NCBI GenBank assembly: GCA_036004525.1
Contig: DASYRJ010000040.1
Span: 5,810 to 69,809, forward strand
Reading direction: 5' to 3'
Origin: Gemmatimonadales bacterium
GTDB taxonomy: Bacteria; Gemmatimonadota; Gemmatimonadetes; Gemmatimonadales; GWC2-71-9
DNA: 64,000 bases
Program-made: the position numbers and the translations under genes
Notes under the pieces: model-generated
Told to the model about the DNA's origin: nothing
The model's database searches: none
The model's input: the letters and a program-made list of their open reading frames with translations, nothing else
Part shown: positions 53,886 to 62,700 of the stretch, piece by piece
Layout: every line of letters begins with the position of its first letter
How positions within the stretch are numbered: the first letter of the stretch is position 1

Positions 53886-54713
53886 TTGGCCGCTCCTGCA
53901 GTGAGCCACGCCTCGGCGGCCAACACGTACGACATCAAGGCCTTTTGCTGCCCCAAGTCGGGCAACAGCGTGGAGGAGTACGAGGATGCATGGGCGCAGC
54001 GGCAAACTCGCACCGCCCCCCCCGCCCCCCCGGCCCCCCCGGGGGGGGGCATGCGCGTGGCGGTGGCCGATGGCGCCACCGAAAGCAGTTTCGCCAAGCT
54101 CTGGGCGGTGCTGCTCGCCGAAAGCTATGTGCGCAGTGAGCTCACCGGGGCGGAGTTTTTCGCGCGGCTTGGGGCCGCGCGACGCCTCTGGCGGCGCAGA
54201 TTGGCGGGACGCCCGCTCCCCTGGTTCGCCAGCGAGAAGGCCGAGCAGGGCGCGTTCGCGGCGTTGCTCGGCGTCCAGATCGACGCTCACCAGAACCGGT
54301 GGACGGCGCTGGCCGTTGGTGACTGTTGCCTCATGCAGGTCGATGACGTCGGTAAAGGGATGCGGGTGCTCAAAGCGTTCCCCTTGCAGCAATCGTCGCA
54401 ATTCACCATGAGCCCGTATCTGATCGGCTCCAGGTCGGACGGCGAACCACCGCACGAACGGATCCAAGTCAGCACGGGCAGCCTGCGCGATGGCGATATG
54501 CTTCTGCTCGCGAGCGATGCGATGGCTGCCTGGCTGCTCAAACGGCATGAAGACGGGCGACCATTGTGGAGGTGGCTGTACCGGAAGCTGAGTACGCCAG
54601 AGAACTTTGCCGCGATGGTCGCCTACGGCCGCAAGCATGGATTGCGCAACGACGACTTTACCCTGGTCCGCGTCATTCATCACGATGCACCGGTCGAAGC
54701 GAAGGAGAGATAG
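53886..54713 (+). CDS. PP2C-family serine/threonine phosphatase
   Basis: Has the motifs EEYEDAW, VAVADGATES, VGDCC and LASDAM. The start is the TTG at 53886 or the GTG at 53901. Confidence 0.75.
   Translation: MAAPAVSHASAANTYDIKAFCCPKSGNSVEEYEDAWAQRQTRTAPPAPPAPPGGGMRVAVADGATESSFAKLWAVLLAESYVRSELTGAEFFARLGAARRLWRRRLAGRPLPWFASEKAEQGAFAALLGVQIDAHQNRWTALAVGDCCLMQVDDVGKGMRVLKAFPLQQSSQFTMSPYLIGSRSDGEPPHERIQVSTGSLRDGDMLLLASDAMAAWLLKRHEDGRPLWRWLYRKLSTPENFAAMVAYGRKHGLRNDDFTLVRVIHHDAPVEAKER
54016..54049 (+). repeat. Homopolymer cluster C8-G-C7-GG-C7-G9 inside the phosphatase gene
   Basis: Read directly from the sequence as ccccccccgcccccccggcccccccggggggggg. It encodes APPAPPAPPGGG and is followed by an in-frame ATG at 54051. 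Confidence 0.95.
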
Positions 54714-54715
54714 CG

Positions 54716-55741
54716 ATGGGGGCTTGGCCGGACCTGACCGAATACCATGAGGCGGTTCAGCACCCGCAGAAGGCTTTTGCTGACCCAGGATTGAGAGCGG
54801 TCGCCCTCGAGCTCGATCGGTTCGGGATGCCCAAGCCGGCCACCGGCGCCAACGCCGTGGTCTACAAAGGCACGAAACCGGGCGGGTTCTTCTCGTTCAG
54901 GAAGACCTGGGCGATTCGCTGCTTCCTGCGGCCCATCAGCGACCATGCCGAAAGGTATGAGGCGATTTCCAGACATCTTCACAAGGTCAGCCTGCGCTAC
55001 GACGTGGATTTTCGGTTTCTCAAGCAGGGTATCCAAATCGGCTCCCGCTGGTTCCCGATCGTCAAAATGCAATGGGCGGAGGGGGACCTGCTGCACAGTT
55101 ATATCGAAAAGCAGCTCCCCTATCCCTGGTTACTGGCGACATTGCGAGCAAAGTGGGTAACACTCGTTCGCGACCTCGAAGCCGCTCGGGTCGCGCACGG
55201 CGATTTGCAGCAGGGCAATATCCTGGTGCGTGGCGGATCGTTTCAGTTGGTCGACTACGACGGCATGTGGGTGCCGGCCTTGAAGGGCCGCCACGCCACG
55301 GAAACCGGCCACCGCGCCTACCAGCATCCCGAACGGAGCGAGCAAGACTACGGGCCGGAGATCGATCGTTTTTCAGCGCTCGTCATCTATCTATCGCTGG
55401 CGGCGCTGGAGGAGGATGCCACCCTCTGGGAAAATTTTCATACCGGCGACAATCTGATCTTCGTGCGCGAAGATTTCCAGCAGGTGGGTCGGTCGGCGAT
55501 TTGGCAACAATTACGTCGTATCAGATCGCCGCAGATCGACCAACTCGCCGCTGCCCTGGCGACCATGCTGCAGCAGCATCCGATGAAGGTCGGCAATCTC
55601 GATAGCGTTCTCCAGAATCTGGCGAGCTTCAAATTCCCCACCTCGACTCCGGCGTCGACTCCGGCCCAGCGAGTCGCTCCCAAGCCGGCGCCCGTGCCGA
55701 GTTGGATAAAAGGGAGCGGTTATCGTAATTCGGATGACTGA
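54716..55741 (+). CDS. Ser/Thr protein-kinase-like protein
   Basis: Lies in ORF 54566..55741, with an ATG at 54716 after GAAGGAGAGA. It has the catalytic loop HGDLQQGNILV and the DFG-equivalent VDYDGM. Confidence 0.75.
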   Translation: MGAWPDLTEYHEAVQHPQKAFADPGLRAVALELDRFGMPKPATGANAVVYKGTKPGGFFSFRKTWAIRCFLRPISDHAERYEAISRHLHKVSLRYDVDFRFLKQGIQIGSRWFPIVKMQWAEGDLLHSYIEKQLPYPWLLATLRAKWVTLVRDLEAARVAHGDLQQGNILVRGGSFQLVDYDGMWVPALKGRHATETGHRAYQHPERSEQDYGPEIDRFSALVIYLSLAALEEDATLWENFHTGDNLIFVREDFQQVGRSAIWQQLRRIRSPQIDQLAAALATMLQQHPMKVGNLDSVLQNLASFKFPTSTPASTPAQRVAPKPAPVPSWIKGSGYRNSDD

Positions 55742-55794
55742 GGAGCCTTCCACGGCCGCCCCGGATTCTGTAACTTCCAGCCGCAGCACATCCT

Positions 55795-55867
55795 AGGTCC
55801 GTAGCTCAATTGGTAGAGCACCGGTCTCCAAAACCGGGGGTTGCAGGTTCGATTCCTGCCGGGCCTG
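55795..55867 (+). tRNA. tRNA-Trp: tRNA-Trp (anticodon CCA)
   Basis: Hand-folded: acceptor AGGTCCG/CGGGCCT, anticodon stem CCGGT/ACCGG, loop CTCCAAA, T-arm GCAGG-TTCGATT-CCTGC, discriminator G. Confidence 0.85.
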
Positions 55868-55887
55868 TGTGAATTACAACGACTTAC

Positions 55888-55919
55888 GCGCGAGGGCACT
55901 CACCCTCGCGCTGCTTTTT
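55888..55919 (+). terminator. Rho-independent terminator after tRNA-Trp
   Basis: GCGCGAGGG / CCCTCGCGC stem with loop CACTCA, followed by TGCTTTTT. Confidence 0.7.
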
Positions 55920-55955
55920 GTGTCCAATTCGCGTCCATTACCGAGGGGCTAAGCA

Positions 55956-57257
55956 ATGACACACCTCAGGCCTCTTGCCGCGGCGTTCTGGGCCGCCCTC
56001 ACCGTAGCGTCAGCTCCACTATTCGGTCAGACCGCAATCCCGAACACCCCCGCCGGAAAGGTGCTACGTGCCTGGGTCGACGCGTACAACAGCGGCGACT
56101 CCGCGCGCGTGGCGACGTTCTTCCGCACCTACTCTGTGGAAGACGCCCTTCGCGGTGCATTCGCATTCCGCAAGATGACGGGGGGGCTTGACCTGCTCAG
56201 CGTCCAGGTGAGTGAGCCGAGGCACGTTGAATTCATGACCCGATTCCGCCTCGGGCCGATGGTAGGCTACGGGGCGCTCGACGTGTCGGCGGCCGACACG
56301 AGTCGCGTGAGCGGCTACTTCTTCCCGCTCGGCATGAACGTCTCCGTGGACGACATTCGGATCGACGCGCCCACTCGCGAGCGCGTAGTCGGTCGTCTGG
56401 CCGCGCTCCTCGATTCGTTCTACGTGTCCCCCGAAGTCGGGAAGCGCATGAGCGACTCTCTGCACGCGCGCCTCAAGCGAGGTGTCTATGACAGGTACAC
56501 GAACGGCGCGACCTTCGCGATCCACCTCAGGGCGGATCTCGATGACATCGCTCACGACAAGCACCTGCAAATTCTCTACAGCCTGTTACCCCGAGGTCCG
56601 GAACCGCAACCGGATACGGTCACTCAACACCGGCGCGAGCGCGAAGCCGACTGCCCGGTCTGGGTGACCGAGCGGCTCGAGGGGAACGTCGGGTACCTAC
56701 GGTTCGACGGGTTTGTCGATCCGGCAGAGTGCGGGTCGACCATCGTCACGGCGATGACCGCCTTGGCCGAAACGAAAGCGCTCATCATTGACCTGCGGGA
56801 AAACGCGGGCGGCGGTAAAGCCGGCTCAACTCCTCTCCTCGAGTCGTACTTGTTTGACCGCCGTACTCATCTCAGTGACGTGCGGTTCCGTTATACCGGC
56901 GAAACACGGGAGCGCTGGACATTGGACTCCGTTGCCGGTGCGCGCTTCGGCGGGGAGAAGCCTGTCTATGTGCTTACTTCCGCGCATACGCTTTCGGCAG
57001 GTGAGGAATTGGCGTACGACCTGCACGCGCTCAAGCGCGCCACGATCGTGGGCGAGACGACGTCCGGCCAAGCCCATGCGACATTTGAAGCCCGCATTGA
57101 AAACCACTTTGCCATCCTGCTGCCCACCGGAAAGACGCTCAACCCGGTGACCGGTGCAGATTGGGAGGGCGTGGGAGTAGTGCCGGACGTGAAGGTGCCT
57201 GCGAGCGACGCACTAATCACGGCGCAGAGGCTGCTCCGCGAGAAGCTGCCGCATTAG
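55956..57257 (+). CDS. S41-family peptidase (tail-specific protease / IRBP-like)
   Basis: Has a signal peptide, LIIDLRENAGGG and TSAHTLSAGEE (Ser nucleophile region). Confidence 0.75.
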   Translation: MTHLRPLAAAFWAALTVASAPLFGQTAIPNTPAGKVLRAWVDAYNSGDSARVATFFRTYSVEDALRGAFAFRKMTGGLDLLSVQVSEPRHVEFMTRFRLGPMVGYGALDVSAADTSRVSGYFFPLGMNVSVDDIRIDAPTRERVVGRLAALLDSFYVSPEVGKRMSDSLHARLKRGVYDRYTNGATFAIHLRADLDDIAHDKHLQILYSLLPRGPEPQPDTVTQHRREREADCPVWVTERLEGNVGYLRFDGFVDPAECGSTIVTAMTALAETKALIIDLRENAGGGKAGSTPLLESYLFDRRTHLSDVRFRYTGETRERWTLDSVAGARFGGEKPVYVLTSAHTLSAGEELAYDLHALKRATIVGETTSGQAHATFEARIENHFAILLPTGKTLNPVTGADWEGVGVVPDVKVPASDALITAQRLLREKLPH

Positions 57258-57895
57258 CGCCTTCTCACTCGAGCCCTACGGCCGATCCCCGGGAACAACC
57301 GCTACCGTGCCGCTCCACTCACGAGGTTCACCGGGCCGCCGCCGCGCACATCGTGGGCCGGTCGGCAGCGAAGCAGCACCGTCCACACGAGCGGGCCGAG
57401 CGACGCGCGGAGCATGGGCGGACTAAGGGTTTCGTAAATCGTTGCTGCGCCGACGAGGTCCAAGTCCTCGTCCGGCGGGGGCTGGACGGGTTGATGCTGG
57501 ATTGACGGTTTTTTTCGGTGTCGAGATTGTGTGAGCGGCGCTTCAAGTAAGGCCGCGCTTGCCGCAGGGCTCGTGAGGCACACCAGCCTTACGCTCCGCC
57601 TTTGTGAACGCGAGCAGGAGCGAGTCTTGACGATAGGTCGCTTGAGGGTCGGCCCCGAGGGCCCGCTTATGCTGATGCGACGAGTAATGCACCCACTACC
57701 AGCGTAGCGGTCGCGCTCCGTCACAAGTTCGGGATTCACGGATGGGGCAAGGGTCTGGATCTCGCGACCGGAAAACGCTATCGGTTCATGCTCAACAGGC
57801 TCGGGATCTAGCGGGTTCCAGACCGGCACGTGAGAATAGTTGCTGGGTGGCCGCGGTTGCCGTTCCGCCACCATACCCGACACCCCAGGAGCCCC

Positions 57896-58801
57896 ATGCC
57901 CCGTCCCTCCATGGTTCTCGCGCTCACCGCGTTCGCCCTCAGCACGTCCGTCGCGCAGGCGCAGATCCCCAATCTCCGCCGGAAGGCGAAAGAAGCCGGC
58001 CGACAGGCCGTCACAGGCCAGCAGGCGCAACAGCAGCGCCGCCCGCCGCCGAAGTTCGACAACACGATGCTCGAGCTGAATTCGCAAGTCGTCGCGCGGC
58101 TGATCACCGGTCTCGAAACCCGCAGCAGGATGCGCGGCGCCGGTGGCCAGACCGCGGCTGAGCTCCGGCGGCGGTCGTCCGCCGCCTCTGACGAGGCGAT
58201 GAACATCAACAATCAGTACAGCGACGACCGCGCGCAGTGGGTGAACGCGAACGAGGCGGCTGAGAGCTGTGTGAGCGAAGAGCTCAACAACGTGGAGCAG
58301 CGGCACGCCCAGGAAATGCAGCAGCGCTTCGCGGGCATGACGGGCGTGAACACTGCCGACAAGATGAAATTCATGCAGGAATGGACCGCGGCGTCGCAGG
58401 AAGTCCAGCACGCGGCGATGGCGAACGACACGGCGGCAATGCGCCGCGCACAGGAAAAGCTGAATAAGCTGATGGGGGTGGACGCGCGCGCCGACAGTGC
58501 CAAGGCGCGCGCCACGTGCCATGTGCCCCCGGTGCCGGCGTGGATGCGCCGCGCCGACTCGCTCTCCGCGATCTCTGACACGCTGGCTGTTCGGGCGCGC
58601 GATGCGGAAGTCGCCGGGAACGCCGGCGCCGCCCGCGCGGCCGGGATGACGCCCGAGCAATTCGCGATGGCAGCCGAGCGCGCCGAGGGGTTCGTGGCGC
58701 TCCAGGCCGCGGGGAACGTCGGCAGCGGCTGGGTGTTCACCCCGATCGAAGAGCAGGCGCTCACTGCGCGACTCGTCGACCTGAAGAAATACTTCGCGTG
58801 A
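57896..58801 (+). CDS. Hypothetical secreted, helix-rich protein
   Basis: Lies in ORF 57830..58801, with an ATG at 57896 after AGGAG. The signal peptide is MPRPSMVLALTAFALSTSVAQAQ. I recognise no domain. Confidence 0.5.
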   Translation: MPRPSMVLALTAFALSTSVAQAQIPNLRRKAKEAGRQAVTGQQAQQQRRPPPKFDNTMLELNSQVVARLITGLETRSRMRGAGGQTAAELRRRSSAASDEAMNINNQYSDDRAQWVNANEAAESCVSEELNNVEQRHAQEMQQRFAGMTGVNTADKMKFMQEWTAASQEVQHAAMANDTAAMRRAQEKLNKLMGVDARADSAKARATCHVPPVPAWMRRADSLSAISDTLAVRARDAEVAGNAGAARAAGMTPEQFAMAAERAEGFVALQAAGNVGSGWVFTPIEEQALTARLVDLKKYFA

Positions 58802-59727
58802 TCGGACGGGCGGCGGGCAGCCTCATAGCGGTCGCGCTCTGCGCGGCGGCCGCTGGACCGGTCGGTCACGAAGACGAAGGGCTGGCAGTCCGGCTCCCTT
58901 CCGGAGCGTCGCGTCTCTTCTGGCGAGCGTCACGCGCGCCCGTCCAATGGACTGCGGCCGACGTGGGGCTCATCGGGCTCGTCACCTGGCATGCGGGACG
59001 GCCGGGCGTCGAATGGGCGACGCTCCCGATCGCGGGACAAGGCGAAGCGCACGCGCTCATGCTCGTGCTCGCGCGCATCGATCCTCAGGCGGTGTCCTTT
59101 CATCTGGTGTGGGACATCGAGCGCGACCGGCCCGCCTGGACCGTCGATCGGGCGGGCGACGCGGCGCTTGCCCTCAACGCCGGGATGTTCGTGGAGCGGC
59201 TGCCTTGGGGTTGGGTCGTCATGGACGGCCGGGAGCGCCTCGCACCTGGCCACGGGCCGCTTTCATCGGCGCTCGTCGGCCTCGCGGACGGCCGGCTCGT
59301 TTGGATCGACGGTGATGATGTTTCGAAATGGCGCGGCCGCACGGGGGGGAACCTGCGCTTCGCGTTTCAGTCGTATCCCACCCTGCTCGCGGGCGACGGC
59401 GCGGTACCGGCGGCGCTGCGCAACGGCGCGATCAACGACACTCATCGGGACGCGCGACTGGCGCTCGGCCTCGATCGCCGGGGGCGCCTCCTGGTCGCCA
59501 TGACGCGGTTCGACGTCCCCATCCCCGGCGCGGACCGCGTACCGTTTGGGCTCACGGTCCCTGAGATGGCGGCGGTGATGGGCGCGCTCGGCGCACAGCA
59601 TGCGATGCTGCTCGACGGGGGAATCTCGGCGCAACTGACCATCTCAGACTCGACGGGTCTGACGAGAGTCTGGAAGGGACTGCGCAAGGTGCCGCTCGCG
59701 CTCGTGGCCGGCGCCGGGCCGGAGTAG
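58798..59727 (+). CDS. Phosphodiester glycosidase family protein (NAGPA/DUF2233-like)
   Basis: The GTG start overlaps the upstream stop. NAGMF, FQSYPTLL, RLALGLDRRGRLLV and LLDGGISAQL blocks are present. Confidence 0.6.
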   Translation: MIGRAAGSLIAVALCAAAAGPVGHEDEGLAVRLPSGASRLFWRASRAPVQWTAADVGLIGLVTWHAGRPGVEWATLPIAGQGEAHALMLVLARIDPQAVSFHLVWDIERDRPAWTVDRAGDAALALNAGMFVERLPWGWVVMDGRERLAPGHGPLSSALVGLADGRLVWIDGDDVSKWRGRTGGNLRFAFQSYPTLLAGDGAVPAALRNGAINDTHRDARLALGLDRRGRLLVAMTRFDVPIPGADRVPFGLTVPEMAAVMGALGAQHAMLLDGGISAQLTISDSTGLTRVWKGLRKVPLALVAGAGPE

Positions 59728-59764
59728 ACGCGATAACAGAACCTGAAGCCTCGTAAGCGTCGGC

Positions 59765-62700
59765 TCAGAAGCGCCGGCGCCAGAAGTCCGCGGCGGTCGG
59801 GAAGAGTTTCTCGGTGAGCGCCGCCGAGACCGTCACGAACGTGCCGTGCCCGCCCCGCACCGAAAAGTCCGGATCGCTCAGATGGCCGAACCGATACCCG
59901 GTGGCGACTTCGAGCCCATTTACCGGGCGGACGACCAGGGCGGGCGCTCCGTCCCACGCCGTGGCGCCGCTCGTCCGCTCCACCACCCACCGTCCGTCGG
60001 CGCGCAGGCTCAGCCACGGGCTCAGCGCGACGTTCACGCGGCTGCCGACGTAATCGGCCCACGCCGTCAGCGTCCGGGGGGTCCCGTCGGGGTAGACGCC
60101 GTCCGCGTGCGTCCGGCGCATCGCGTAGCGCGTGCCGATCTCGAGCGTCGGGACGGGGTTCCAGATCAGCTCGGCCGCCCCGATCGCCTTGCGCTCCGCG
60201 CCCTGCGACACCAGCAGACCGGCCCCCAACGGATTGCGTTCGTCGGTCCACTGGAATTTCGCGAGCACGTTGAGCCGGTCCGTGTGCGCGGGCCGGAAGG
60301 CGAGGCCCCATAGGCTCGACAGCTGGCGCGACAGCGGCGCGCCGGCCCGGGCGTCCTGCGAGAACACCTGCCGCGTCAGCAGAGCGAGCGACGCGTCGAA
60401 CGCCACGTCGCCGGCCACGGTCGCGAGCCGGGTGGACTGGAGCGCGCCGTCCTTGTACTCACCCCGGACGCTCAACCGGTACGGTGCGCCTTTCGGGAGC
60501 AGCTCCAGCCCGGCCCCCGCGGACCAGTAGTCGCCCTCGGTCTGTAGGAACGGGAGCGCGCGCACGGGATCCGCGATCGAGGCGCCGCTCACGCCCACGC
60601 GCCGCTCGAACAGCAGGTTGACCGTGAGGTCGGACGAAAGCTGCATCCGGTTGCGGAGTCCGATGACGGCCGCGTTGGTGGCGCCGCTGGCGCCGCCGAT
60701 CAGCTGATAGTTGCCCCACGCCTGGGTCCCGTGCCCCATGTCGGTGCGCAGGCCGATGCTCGAGATCGAGTAGTTGGCCAGGCTGTCGGCGCGCGAGACG
60801 TAACGCTGGCTCGCCTCGAGGGCGACACCGGGCGCGAGCTGAAATGCCCCACCGACGCCCAAGGCGTCGGGCGAGATGTCCGGGCCGGTCTGGCTGAAGT
60901 GGCGCCGGGCCTCGGCCCAGAACCGGAGCTTCGCGGTCGCCCCCCACGTCGCCTTCAGCTCGCCGGCCGTCACGTCGCTGGGCGTGGGGCCGCTGCCCGA
61001 CACGTGATCGTTCGCTAGCCCCGCGTCCATTCGCACCGTCGAGCCCACGGTCTCGACGATGCCGACCCGCGTGTGCCGGCGGCCGATACCCAGCAACTCG
61101 AAGTCCTGACGGGAGTGCTCCGCCCGCAGCTCGGTCCCGCCCAGCCTTAGCCCGCCCCGCAGGTTCTCCTCGAGGAGACCGGGCTGAAGCGCCACGTTGG
61201 AGGGGTTCGTGAACTCGCGGCCGACCCGCATATAGCCCGCCCCGAGGCTCAGAGCCCCGTCGAACAGGCTGTAGCTCGCCTTCGCGGAGGCGGCGACGCC
61301 CGTGGAATCGCCCTGCTCCGCGTAAGCGATCTCGGCGCCCACGTCCAGGCCGCCGAACCGCATGACCCGCACGTCTCCCCCGACCAGGCGGTAGCTGTTG
61401 ATCGCCTGTGCGGCATTCACGGCCGTGATGCCGATCCGCAATGAGTCCACGCGCAGCCCGGTGGCGAGCTGTTGCAGGTCCAGCGCCGCCCGGGCGCCCG
61501 CCACGAGGCGCTGGTCGCCGCCGGCACCCGCCTCGAAGGTGGCGACGATGAACACCGGGTTGCCGTAGGCGTCGGCGGCGGGAATCGGCTGCTTGAAGAG
61601 GACGACCCCGCTGGTATAGTCGATCTCGTAGTCCACGAACCGGATCAGGGACTGCGTGGCCACGGCGCGCTCGGGGTTCAGCACATCCCGCGTCTCGACG
61701 CGCAGGTATTCGGTCCCCGGCAGCATGGCCGCGGCCACCTGGTAGGGGCCGGCGATGCCGGCGCCGCGGATCTGCAGCTGGCGCAGCGACTGCGACGTCA
61801 GGCTGCCGAAGCCGCTCAGGGTGACCGCACCGGCGGTGACGTGCGCGGCGAGCCCCGTCACCGCCCGCCGGTACTGCGCCAGGCTCAGGCCGGTCGCGAA
61901 GTCCGTGGTGGAGAGGTCGCCGAACGAGGCCCAATTGAAGCCGCGCTCGAGCCGGGCCGAGACCCAGGTCTGGGACGCCGTGCGCGTCTGGAGCTGGCTC
62001 GCATCCCCGAGGATCGGGTACTGCGCCTCCGCCAACGGATCAGTGCTGCGGCCGAAGGCCGCCTGTCCGTCGTTGAGCCGGCGGGAGTCCACCCCCAGCG
62101 TGAGCGCGGTCCGGGTGTCCAGCCGGCCGCGCGCGGTGATCGCGCCGTACGCGTCGGGGCTCGCCCCGACCCCCACCATCCCCGACCCGGTGACCGTCAA
62201 CGGCCGCACCTCGGGGAAGATCTCGAGCGGCACCGTGGCTCTCGCGTCGCCCGACTTGAGCTCAAGCACGCCGCGCCGCACTTCGCGGCCCGGCCGCAGG
62301 CTCACGGCGAGCCAGCCGGTGGAGTCCGACAGCCGCTGCAGCCCCACCGAGGACGCGTCGGCGTCCGGCCCCACCGGCTCCGCGCCCTTGGCGCTCAGCG
62401 TCACGTAGGCCGGCTGGACGACGGGCACGCCCCAGGCATCGAGCACGCGCACCTTGGTGGCGACCACCGCGCGGCCGTCCGCCACGAGCGTGAGGTGACT
62501 GGTGCTCACCGCGAACGTGGCCGGCAGACCCGTCACGTGCACGGCGATGCTGTCCCAGCGCTCGGTGCCCCAGGAATTCTTCAGCCGCGCCCGCAGCCGA
62601 TGCGGGCCGCGGGTCAAGGGCACGGCGATGAAGTCGACGACGCCATCGATCCGGACCGGTGCGCTGTCGATGGGTGCCGCGCCGTCGTACAGCACGACCA

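Larger units (their letters stand above)
52556..55794. other. Lower-GC islet bounded by tRNA-His and tRNA-Trp, carrying the vWA/PP2C/kinase triad
   Basis: The base composition and third-codon-position usage shift visibly relative to both flanks. I judged this by eye and did not compute it. Confidence 0.55.

Noticed and set aside
52556-55794. Classical integrative element (integrase + att direct repeats) at the tRNA genes
   Set aside because: I found no integrase or recombinase ORF and no convincing duplicate of either tRNA 3' end. I therefore call it an islet of atypical composition rather than a mobile element.
57302-58660. ORF 57302..58660 (-, 452 aa)
   Set aside because: It is mostly antisense to the signal-peptide-bearing gene 57896..58801. 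I saw no motifs, and only its 3' part lies in the non-coding gap.
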